From NCBI GenBank assembly GCA_964016885.1, contig OZ024743.1, forward strand, positions 236,716,001-236,780,000: a DNA stretch of 64,000 nt. Reading direction: 5' to 3'. Numbering within the stretch: position 1 is the first letter of the stretch; each line of letters begins with the position of its first letter. The stretch is from Eledone cirrhosa (taxonomy: Eukaryota). A program made the translations under genes and the position numbers. Shown here in pieces: positions 36,767 through 48,000 of the stretch. The notes beneath the pieces were generated by a model that worked only from the letters and a program-made list of their open reading frames with translations, had not been told where the DNA came from and did no database searches.

Positions 36767-38272
36767 CGGCTCGATTGGTCTTTCGCCCCTACACCCGGTT
36801 CCGACGATCGATTTGCACGTCAGAGGCGCTTCAGACTTCCACCAGAGTTTCCTCTGGCTTCGTCCCGACCGGGCGTGGATCGCCATCTTTCGGGTCCCCG
36901 GCCGCCTGCTACACCTGAGTCGGAGCGCGCCGCGCCGGCGGCCCGAAAGCCGCCACGCGACGCGCACACCCGACCCGGGAACGATGCTTCGAAACGCCTA
37001 CGACGGCGCGGAAAAAAAGAAGAAAAAAAACAACAGCGACACCACCCGAAGGCCATGCCGCATGCCGTCAATTCAACCAGCCCCTAACGCCGCCGTCGAC
37101 GACGCGTCACGTTCTCGCTTTCACTTCGCCGTCGGAGTTCGTTAAATTCGATTTCTTTCGCTCCAACGACTCGCAACCGACTGGGACTCCTCGATCCGTG
37201 TTTCAAGACGGGTCGGGTAGGTTGCCGATGCTCGTCGCAGACCTGCAGCAGCGGACGGCTCGCGATCCTCGTCCGCCCAGCGACCCGCTCCCTCCTGCTC
37301 CGCAAAGAGAGCAAAAGAGAAAAAGCAAACGGGGCGAGCGAACGAGGCGGCCGCTTTCTCGAAAGCCGATCAGACATTTTAAGGATATTAAAAAACCAAC
37401 CTAAGCATATACGAACGGCGCTGCGGCTGATAAAGGAACACGCGCGTTTGTCCCGTCCCCGCCTGTTAGCCGTGCCTGGGACGATGAATAAAAACCACTG
37501 CCGAGCGACGGGCCCGGTCGAGAGAAGCGCTGTTTTCGGAAACCCGCTTCGAAAGCGAACCGGGATGGTTCGTTTTCTAGGCGGGACGCCGCTCTGCGAC
37601 CTGCGGACACCGCGCGCCATCCAGCCTGACGGGAACGGGTCGCGACGACGGATCGAAGGGGAAATGCGTCCGATGCCGGCACCCCGCGAATCGTAACGCC
37701 GGCGAGGCGATCGGCGGTCGACTCGTCGAAACGAGATACCGCCGCCGACGCGATCGCCGACGACAACGGCGCCTTAAAACAGCAGCGGACTGAGTCCCCT
37801 CGCGATCGCGGTGAACGATCCTACCCGTTTAACCCCTGGGCGGTTTCACGGTCTCTTGAACTCTCTCTCCAAAGTTCTTTTCAACTTTCCCTCGCGGTAC
37901 TTGTCGGCTATCGGACTCGTTCCGGTATTTAGCCTTGGATGGAGCTTACCACCCGCTTTGGGCTGCGTTCCCAAGCAGCCCGACTCTCGAGCCGAAGAAA
38001 GAGACACTGTCGATCGCCGCTGGCTCCGAATGGGCCTGGCACCCGCTTTGGGCAGCCCCGATCGAGGGGACTCCGAATCTAGCCGGGCGAAACGAACGAC
38101 CGTGTACGACCCTTGTGCCACAGCTCTCGACGACCTGCTTGCGGACGACGAGATTCAGCGTTGGGCTCCTCCCAGTTCACTCGCCGTTACTAAGGGAATC
38201 CCGGTTGGTTTCTTTTCCTCCGCTTAGCGATATGCTTAAGTTCGGCGGGTAGTCGCGTCCGAGTCGAGGGCA
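34665..38272 (-). rRNA. 28S rRNA, 5' part
   Basis: ACCCGCCGAACTTAAGCATATC, GGAAAAGAAACCAAC, CCCGTCTTGAAACACGGA, GTTTCCCTCAGGATAGC, TTCTGCCCAGTGCTCTGAATGTC, ending GGCGGGAGTAAC. Confidence 0.96.
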
Positions 38273-38856
38273 GCTATTCGCATACGCCGAATACGCTGAA
38301 TACGAAGAACGAGGACGGTAAGAAGGCGGCGTCGATAAAGAAGAGACTGGCGATATAGAGTGGGCGCCAATGCGGAATGTGGAAAAGACAAGAGAAATGG
38401 GAAAAAAGAGGCGGCATCGAAATCGTTTCTCGTCGGCCGACACGAACGCTTTGTTTTTGGCGACTCGCAGAGCGAACGCCGGCCGACGAACAACGACCGC
38501 GCCTGTGTTACTGCGTTTCTTTTTACCCTTCTCGTCTTCCCTTCTTCTAAATCTTTCTCTTTCCGTGCGACGATCTCCGAAGCGAACGACGAGAAATAAA
38601 GAAAAATAACGACGAAAAGTGTTAGTTCTTATTTCAATACGGGAGACGGAGCGTTCCGCGAGCGACGACTCTCGCTTCTTCTGCGACTCCCGACTTCCCG
38701 CTGTTACCATGACGCAAAAGAGAAGAGAAAAAGAAAAAAACTGCGCTTCGCTAAGGCGGCAGCGGCAGCGCAAAAGGCGGATGTTTCTCTCTTTCTCTCT
38801 CACTCTCGTGAGCGGGCGGCGCATGGCGAAACAGCAGACATCGCGATTGTATCGTG
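38273..38856 (-). other. ITS2
   Basis: Position between 5.8S and 28S. Confidence 0.85.
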
Positions 38857-39018
38857 ACCGCCTCTCGACCGGACGGGGCCCCGGGACGATGGAATCCCGG
38901 GGCCGCAATGTGCGTTCGAGGTGTCGATGTTCACTGAGTCCTGCAATTCGCATCAGTTCACGCGGATAGCCGCGCTCTTCATCGACGGACGAGCCGAGTG
39001 ATCCCCCGTCCAGGGTTT
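38857..39018 (-). rRNA. 5.8S rRNA
   Basis: GGATCACTCGGCTCGTCCGTCGATGAAGAGCGCGGCTA...GAATTGCAGGAC...GAACATCGACACCTCGAACGCACATTGCGGCCCCGGG. Confidence 0.96.
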
Positions 39019-39523
39019 TGTCATTTTTAAACGAAAACGAAAACGAAAAAAAAAAACACGGTAAAAAGAACGCGAAAGCATAGAAACCAACGGTAGACGA
39101 TGGCGGAGGCGGCGACAGCGACGATATTCACGGGACGTTTTCACGTTCGTTGCGCGCTGCGGTCTCTGCTGGCTGCCTTGCTGCTTCCGCGGGCGAGGTG
39201 AAGAAAATAAAAAGCGCACGTCGAAAAAATACGTTCTCTCGGATACGAAATCGAACAATGCGCGATGTTATCGGCCGAGCGCCGTGCTGGCGCCGGCAAA
39301 AGAAAAATAACGGTAGGAGCGGTTTAGGCGGCGGTAGACGCGCAGTAAGCGATATTGGCGGCGATTTCGCAAACGGCGCTCGCTCCATTTAACGGGTTAC
39401 GCCGTCCGCTAGGCGTCTCCAGATGACGAACCCGACCGTTGTTGTCGTGATCACCGAAGAACGAAAATATAAAAAGGCGGCTTTCGTTGGCGGCGTCGGC
39501 AATAAACGATATTGGATACGCGG
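39019..39523 (-). other. ITS1
   Basis: Position between 18S and 5.8S. Confidence 0.85.
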
Positions 39524-39581
<58 letters not shown>

Positions 39582-39724
39582 AGCGATCGGGTTCGGTCGT
39601 CTTCTCCGGGCCATCAGAGAGCGCACCGACGACGGCAACGAACCGACCTGACGGCCGAATCGAAACGCCGCCGCACGGCCTGCGAACTCGTCGGCCAGAT
39701 CCGAGGACCTCACCGGACCGTTCG

Positions 39725-39767
<43 letters not shown>

Positions 39768-40476
39768 GATCGACGCGGGCTGATGACCCGCGCCTACCGG
39801 GAATTCCTCGTTCACGGGGTTGGTTCCAGGCCCCGATCCCTATCACGGGAGGTGGTTCAGAGGTTTCCCGACCCTCTCGGGCCGGGGGAGTGGCACCCGC
39901 TGTTACCTCCAGTGTAGCGCGCGTGCGGCCCCGGACATCTAAGGGCATCACAGACCTGTTATCGCTCCGCCTCGTGCGGCTTTCTGCCGCCCGTCTCTCT
40001 AAGAAGCGCTGCGTTCGCCAACCGACTGGCTCGGACGCGACGACGTGCCGACGCCGGGGCTGTTCGCGCCGGTCCCCCCCTCCCGAGCCCGAAAAACCGA
40101 CCGCCGCCTCCGCCAGCGCTGCCTTCATTCCTCCATTCCGCAAGCGAACTCGCGAAAGAAGAAGACGACGACGACGCGACGACGACGGCAACGGCAACGG
40201 AAGCCCGAGCTCGAAGAAAAAGGGAAAAAAACCGAACGCAGGACAGCTTACCGACGACGGCTTCGGCGCCGCCACGCTACCGGAAAAGCACTAATCGACG
40301 CGCTAGTTAGCAGGCCGGAGTCTCGTTCGTTATGGGAATCAACCAGACGGATCGCTCCACCAACTAAGAACGGCCATGCACCACCACCCACCGAATCGAG
40401 AAAGAGCTATCGATCTGTCAATCCTACCGGTGTCCGGACCGGGTGAGTTTTCCCGTGTTGAGTCAAATTAAGCCGC

Positions 40477-40522
<46 letters not shown>

Positions 40523-42384
40523 TGTGTTGCAACCATGCTCCCCCCGGAACCGACTATGGTTTCCCGCGCAGGCTCCCCGCCGGGTCATCGAAGCGAACGC
40601 CGGCGGAGCGCCAGTCGGCATCGTTTACGGTCGGAACTACGACGGTATCTGATCGTCTTCGAACCTCCGACTTTCGCTCTTGATCGAGGAAAACGTGCTT
40701 GCCACACGCCGTCGCTGCAGTGCGTCTTGCGACGATCCAAGAATTTCACCTCTAACGTCGCAATACGAGTGGCCCCGATCGCTCCCTTCGATCATTGCCT
40801 CGTCGTGAACGGAGACCGACGGATGACGCGCGGACGAGGCCATTTTCCATCATTCCATGCTTTTCGTATGCAAGCCGGTGCGGCTCGCTCTGAGCACTCT
40901 AATTTTTTCATAGTGAACGTACCGGCCGCCTCGGACACTCGGTAAAGAGCACCCTCGGAGGAACCGTGCGGATCGGCGGCGAAACGGAACGACGCGCGAC
41001 GACAAAACGGCGGCCGCAGGAAAGCGACGCGCCGAGACGACACGACGACGAAACCGGTCACGCCGTCGTATCCAACCCTGGCGACGAACCTCTCCTTTCG
41101 AAAAGAAAAAGGCAAGCGCGCAGAGAGAGAAAAACAAAACCGCGAGGTGAACGCGCGACCGCGGCGAGGTGACGGCACGACGACGTAAGAACCTCTGAAA
41201 AGCCAAGCGAAACGAACTCCAAGCCCTGACCGGAGCGCGGCGACGAAAACGAGAGGCGAACGGCAAACGCCCGCGATAAAGCAAAGCGCCGTCGTCGCAT
41301 CGTCCCCGATCGCGCAAAGGAAAATAGGCAAGAAGAAAGCAAGAAGCGAGGTAAGAAGGTAAAAACGCGACGTCCGCACCGTGACGCCGAGCGGCGATGC
41401 ACGCAGAGCTCTGCGGCCCGACCGCGCACGCACCGGCGAATAGGGCCGGGAGTGCGAACGGACGACCGAAGTCGACGCGCGGCGCGCGAACGACAACGGC
41501 GCCGTCGCCCCGAACGCGCTGACGACGCAGCGCGCTTTCGAGACCCGAATTCTGACTACGAGCTTTTCAAACGCAACAATTTTAATATACGCTACCGGAG
41601 CTGGAATTACCGCGGCTGCTGGCACCAGACTTGCCCTCCGGTCGATCCTCGTTAACGGATTTGAAGTGTACTCATTCCGACCGCGGGGCCTCGACAGAGT
41701 CCCGCGTCGTTATTTTTCGTCACTACCTCCCCGTGCCGGGAGTGGGTAATTTGCGCGCCTGCTGCCTTCGTTGGATGTGGTAGCCGTTTCGCATGCTCCC
41801 TCTCCGGAATCGAACCCTGATTCCCCGTTACCCGTTGCCACCACGGTCGGCACTTACCGGGCCGTCGACAGTTGATAGGGCGGACTCGCGGGGGACCCGT
41901 CGCGCGAAGGCCAGAAGCGATTCTAAGCCCGTGCGATCGTACTGACAGTTATCCAGAGTCACCAAAGTCGAATTGATGCGCGACGCCGCGCAACCGCACG
42001 CAGCGAACTGCGAACGGCGCTGACGGCATCTGACGCGTCGTCGGTCTCAGTCTAATATTTGCGCCGCGACCAATGCGAAGGCCAACCGTGTCGACGCGAT
42101 CTGTTGGGACCGCGTGGGAAGACGGAACGACGACAGCGACGAACGCTGAGCGCGTTTGTAACCCGACTCCCGGGTGCGACCTGCGATCGCGGCCTCAGTT
42201 GCATGTATTAGCTCTAGAATTGCCACAGTTATCCACTCTCCTCACGGTGAGGAATACGGTCCCGAGGATTAGGTCCGGTTCCTGAGCCATTCGCGGTTTC
42301 ACCATTCGTTTACGGCATGAACTTACACTTGCATGGCTTAAGCTTTGAGACAAGCATATGACTACTGGCAGGATCAACCAGGTA
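39524..42384 (-). rRNA. 18S rRNA (2861 nt, expanded)
   Basis: Starts TACCTGGTTGATCCTGCCAGT and ends GTAGGTGAACCTGCGGAAGGATCATTA; GTGCCAGCAGCCGCGGTAA and TTGTACACACCGCCCGTC are present. Confidence 0.98.
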
Positions 42385-44110
42385 TCTTCCGCACGAAATA
42401 CAAAACGACGACCGAGAACAGAAGCGCATGGAGGCGGCAGCAGCGAATTTCGTCTCGTCTCGTTGTAGGCGGAATGAGAAAACGTAACAAAAAAAAAAAA
42501 AACGGAAATGTCGGCAACCGGTCCACGAGCCGGTGGAGGTAAGAAACGAAGAGAAAAGAAGAAGGACGCAGCGCGGCGCGTTTGGCGGCATTTACTCATC
42601 ATCTCTCCCAGATCATCTCCTCTCCCAGCGACGTCGTCGACAAAACGGGCGTATACGAAATCAATCGCCCGCCGACTGCCGGCCAATCGTTTAGTCTTCT
42701 TCCTCCTCCTCGGCGGCGGCGGCGGCGATGAAGGAAAAGAAAAGAAACAAACGAAAACGAGCTCGCAAGACGGTTTACAATCCGATGGCATCGCACGAAG
42801 CCGCTTTCGGAAGCGTTTCCCTGGGCGTAAGTGCGAGCTGAGGCGTGATGCCGGGGCGGCAGCAGCATGCGGCGTCGAAGAAGAGGAGAGAGACAAGTAG
42901 GCGGCTGCGGCGCCCTCCGCTTTCGATTCAACAGCTGCTGTCGCCGTTACTGCGACGGAAAAAGAAATCGGTTCGACATGGCTGCGGAATGCGGTCAACG
43001 GAAGAGAGTTAGGAAGACGACGACGCGAAAAGCGCCGCTGCGTAACCTAACGGCTAGGTATGCCGGGGAAAACTTGAACGACGCCGACCCGATAAAGGCA
43101 GCGGCGCAAGCAGGGACACCCGGACTTGATGCCAGTGTCCCTTCGGGAGGGACGACGCCGCTCTCTTTCATAGATATCGCGTCGCCGTTGGCAAAACGAG
43201 GGTAGCTACGGCTATACCCAAGCCCGCCGCGGCAGTGGCGATGCAACGCGAGGTCAGCGGCATGACCTGACCGGGTCCACGACGAAAAGCCGAACCCTTC
43301 GTCGCAGCAAGGAAGAGTGACGCGCGTCGTCGCCGTCGTAGATCGTCGTCAAACGCATTGCAGGGCATTTAGGCGTTGCTCCTACATTAAAATGACGGCT
43401 ATTACGACGGACGCGTACCTACTGCTGTGACGGAAAGGCGGTTCGGAAGGCGGATAATCGTCGAGGCCGAGGGTCGGCGAGCGAACGAAAAAAAAAAGAG
43501 GCGAGGAGGAAGCGAGGGCGTTCGGCGAAAAGGTTTCAGATTTTTACGCCGACCGGGCGGGAAGGCGTTCGTTTTTTGGCGTCAACCGAGGAGTAATTTG
43601 CGTTGCTCCAGCGGTAACGAACGTCTTCTATCGTGGGTCCGGTCGGGCGATGGCGGCGGTCTGGAAAGGCAATTCTTTTGCCGCGACGGAAGCGCAATCG
43701 AAAGGCGGATCACGAAATGCGGCTAGCCGTCGAAAAGGGAAAAAAAAAAAGAATAGGCGAGGAGAAGGCGGCGCGAGGAGGTTCGGCGAAAAAGGCTTTC
43801 AGACTTTTACGTCGCCCGGACGGGAAGGCGCTCGTTGTTGGCGTCAACCTAGGAGTAATTTGCGTTGCTCCAGCGGTAACGAACGTCTTCTATCGTGGGT
43901 CCGGTCGGGCGGCGGCGGCGGCGGTCTGTAAAGGCAATAATTCGTCGATGGCGGCGGGCACGGGCTGTAACGTGAGGGCGGGTCGTGGACGAGGACGACA
44001 TCGCATATAGGGTATCCGAACACGCCTAACCCGTAACCTACGCAGTAAACCGAAAGCTGCAACGGCTAGCACCCTTCCGTTCACTAAGCTCGTCCGACCG
44101 AGGTTACCCT
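42385..44110 (-). other. 5' external transcribed spacer
   Basis: Lies between the putative Pol I start and 18S; contains a ~155-bp duplication. Confidence 0.7.
43520..43938. repeat. ~155-bp direct repeat x2 in 5'ETS (43520-43672, 43781-43938)
   Basis: Shared GGAGTAATTTGCGTTGCTCCAGCGGTAACGAACGTCTTCTATCGTGGGTCCGGTCGGGCG. Confidence 0.92.
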
Positions 44111-44135
44111 ATATAATAGACAGGACCCCCTGGCC
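44104..44135 (-). promoter_or_regulatory. putative rDNA gene promoter / Pol I start (+1 ~44110)
   Basis: TATTATATAGGGTAA initiator; homology with the IGS repeats stops exactly downstream of this motif. Confidence 0.7.
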
Positions 44136-44501
44136 GAGCTGCATCCTCCGCAATCGTTGATAATCCCCCAAGGGCGATCCGCCGGCCACGGGTCGGCTGC
44201 GGAACCGCCTAGACGGCGGGTTGGCTTCGGTCCCGCTGTCGATGCGGGACCTAGAATGGCTAGAGAGATAGAAGGAGGCGTGTCGTCGGCGAAGCTACAC
44301 CACTTCGCCGTTCGGGCGTCGTCGTCGGCTGGATTCCCCTGCAGCCACCACGGGTCGGACGCGGCCGACTCGGCACGCATCAACGGCGGAACGTTTACCG
44401 GGTACGAGGCGGAAGGCGGAAGGCGTCGTGTCGCGTGTACACGCCGTCTTGCCGCATCTCTTTCCCGGCAGCTACTCGCAAACGTACGGGTCGGCGGCGG
44501 A

Positions 44502-45070
44502 TTGAGTATTATTTCATAAAATACTTTTGGTGGTTTCCTTTGTGGAAGCTGGGAACTTGTGCTACAATTAAGAATCCTTCTCGTCATACACTTCAGTTAT
44601 ACACTTTTCAGCCAATGTTTTGAAGTTTTCCAGTCAACTTCCTCCTTATTCATTCTTTTCAGTTATTGCCAAACGTTTCATCATGACATTCTGGTAATCT
44701 GTTTTTAGTTTAGATTTTAGCTTCATCGCCACTTCTGTCGTTCACCCACATTTTTTCATTTTCTTACTATCTGTCAATTCAGCATCTGTTTTGTATTGGT
44801 TTATTTGAAGATGAAACCAATTTCTTATTTTATTCATGCTTCGTAGCCATTTGTATCAACACTCTATTATTCTTTACTAGGTATTTTTGTAGTTCTACAG
44901 TGGTTATTTTATATTAGGTTTCTAGTTGCATAAGGCACCTGCCTCACTATATTCGTAATAAATATAATGTTTTTACATCTGATGTTGGGTGGTTTAATCT
45001 AAATCTATTAATTTTATTTTTTGTTTAGTCTAAGATAAGTGTCAAGTTAAGAATATTAGAAATGTAGCTT
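44502..45070 (-). mobile_element. degenerate R4/Dong-like LINE fragment, upstream part (post-RT region)
   Basis: Minus-strand translation: NRFRLNHPTSDVKTLYLLRI**GRCLMQLET*YKITTVELQKYL...LKSKLKTDYQNVMMKR...EVDWKTSKHWLKSV*LKCMT/EGFLIVAQVPSFHKGNHQKYFMK, resembling HP..D..RLY..R..GGRGL and WL....LK.ETEG...AAQDQ motifs. Confidence 0.75.
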
Positions 45071-48000
45071 ATTATAGACAGCTACAGTATTAACAATTCT
45101 GTCTAAGTCTAAAGTCTGTCTTATTATAGACAGCTACAGTATTGATTAGTCTGTCTAAGTCTAAAGTCTGTCTTATTATAGACAGCTACAGTATTGATTA
45201 GTCTGTCTAAGTCTAAAGTCTGTCTTGTTATAGACAGCTACAGTATTGACAATTCTCTCTAAGTCTAAAGTCTGTCTTGTTATAGACAGTTACAGTATTG
45301 ATTAGTCTGTCTAAGTCTAAAGTCTGTCTTATTATAGACAGCTACAGTATTGACAATTCTGTCTAAGTCTAAAGTCTGTCTTGTTATAGACAGCTACAGT
45401 ATTGATTAATCTGTCTAAGTCTAAAGTCTGTCTTGTTATAGACAGCTACAGTATTGATTAGTCTGTCTAAGTCTAAAGTCTGTCTTGTTATAGACAGCTA
45501 CAGTATTGATTAGTCTGTCTAAGTCTAAAGTCTGTCTTATAGACAGCTACAGTATTGACAATTCTGTCTAAATCTAAAGTCTGTCTTGAAATAGACAGCT
45601 ACAGTATTGATTAGTTAGTCTAAATCTAAAGTCTGTCTTGTTATAGACAGCTACAGTATTTATTAGTCTGTCTAAGTTTAAAGTCTTTCTTATTATAGAC
45701 AGCTACAGTATTGATTAGTCAGTCTAAGTCTAAAGTCTGTCTTATTATAGGCAGCTACAGTATTGACAATTGTGTCTAAGTCTAAAGTCTGTCTTGTTAT
45801 AGACAGCTACAGTATTGATTAATCTGTCTAAGTCTAAAGTCTGTCTTGTTATAGACAGCTACAGTATTGATTAGTCTGTCTAAGTCTAAAGTCTGTCTTG
45901 TTATAGACAGTTACAGTATTGATTAGTCTGTCTAAGTCTAAAGTCTGTCTTATTATAGACAGCTACAGTATTGACAATTCTGTCTAAGTCTAAAGTCTGT
46001 CTTATTATAGACAGCTACAGTACTGATTAGTCTGTCTAAGTCTAAAGTCTGTCTTGTTATAGACAGCTACAGTACTGATTAGTCTGTCTAAGTCTAAAGT
46101 ATGTCTTGTTATAGACAGCTACAGCATTGATTAGTCTGTCTAAGTCTAAAGTCTGTCTTATTATAGACAGCTACAGTATTGATTAGTCTGTCTAAGTCTA
46201 AAGTCTGTCTTATTATAGACAGTGACAGTACTGATTAGTCCGTCTAAGTCTAAAGTCTGTCTTATTATAGACAGCTACAGTATTGACAATTCTGTCTAAG
46301 TCTAAAGTCTGTCTTATTATAGACAGCTACAGTACTGATTAGTCTGTCTAAGTCTAAAGTCTGTCTTGTTATAGACAGCTACAGTACTGATTAGTCTGTC
46401 TAAGTCTAAAGTATGTCTTGTTATAGACAGCTACAGCATTGATTAGTCTGTCTAAGTCTAAAGTGTGTCTTATTATAGACAGCTACAGTATTGATTAGTC
46501 TGTCTAAGTCTAAAGTCTGTCTTATTATAGACAGTGACAGTACTGATTAGTCCGTCTAAGTCTAAAGTCTGTCTTATTATAGACAGCTACAGTATTGACA
46601 ATTCTGTCTAAGTCTAAAGTCTGTCTTGTTACAGACAGCTACAGTATAGATTAGTCTGTCTAAGTCTAAAGTCTGTCTTGTTATAGACAGCTACAGTATT
46701 GATTAGTCTGTCTAAGTTTAAAGTCTTCCTTATTATAGACAGCTACAGTACTGATTAGTCTGTCTAAGTCTAAAGTCTGTCTTATTATAGACAGCTACAG
46801 TATTGATTAGTCTGTTTAAGTCTAAAGTCTGCCTTAATATAGACAGCTACAGTACTGATTAGTCTGTCTAATTCTAAAGTATGTCTTGTTATAGACAGCT
46901 ACAGTATTGATTAGTCTGTCTAAGTCTAAAGTCTGTCTTATTATAGACAGCTACAGTATTGATTAGTCAGTCTAAGTCTAAAGTCTGTCTTATTATAGAG
47001 GGCTACAGTATTGACAATTCTGTCTAAGTCTAAAGTCTGTCTTGTTATAGACAGCCACAGTATTGATTAGTCTGTCTAAGTCTAAAGTCTGTCTTATTAT
47101 AGACAGCTACAGTATTGATTAGTCAGTCTAAGTCTAAAGTCTGTCTTATTATAGACAGCTACAGTATTGACAATTCTGTCTAAGTCTAAAGTTAGTGTTA
47201 TTATAGACAGCTACATTATTGATTAGTCTGTCTAAGTCTAAAGTATGTCTTGTTATAGACAGTTACAGTATTGATTAGTCTGTCTAAGTCTAAAGTCTGT
47301 CTTATTAGAGACCGCTACAGTATTGACAATAATGTCTAAGTCTAAAGTTTGTCTTATTATAGACAGCTACAGTACTGATTAGTCTGTCTAAGTCTAAAGT
47401 CTGTCTTGTTATAGACAAATACAGTATTGATTAGTCTGTCTAAGTCTAAAGTATTGGCTTATTATAGACAGCTACAGTATTGACAATTCTGTCTAAGTCT
47501 AAAGTCTATATTATTATAGACAGCTACAGTACTAATTAGTCTGTCTAATTCTAAAGTCTGTCTTGTTATAGACAGCTACAGTACTGATTAGTCTGTCTAA
47601 GTCTAAAGTCTGTCTTATTATAGACAGCTATAGTATTGACAATTCTGTCTAAGTCTAAAGCCTGTCTTGTTATAGACAGCTACAGTATTGATTAGTCTGT
47701 CTAAGTCTAAAGTCTGTCTTGTTATAGACAGCTACAGTATTGATTAGTCTGTCTAAGTCTAAAGTCTGTCTTGTAGACAGTTACAGTATTGATTAGTCTG
47801 TCTAAGTCTAAAGTCTGTCTTGTTATAGACAGTTACAGTATTGATTAGTCTGTCTAAGTCAAAAGTCTGTCTTGTAGACAGTAACAGTATTGATTAGTCT
47901 GTCTAAGTCTAAAGTCTGTCTTGTTATAGACAGCTACAGTATTGATTAGTCTGTCGAAGTCTAAAGTCTGTCTTGTTATAGACAGCTACAGTATTGATTA

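Noticed and set aside
26739-44623. Numerous Arg/Ala-rich ORFs across IGS, rRNA and ETS, and antisense to R2
   Set aside because: Chance ORFs in GC-rich structural RNA, spacer DNA or the R2 antisense strand; no protein motifs.
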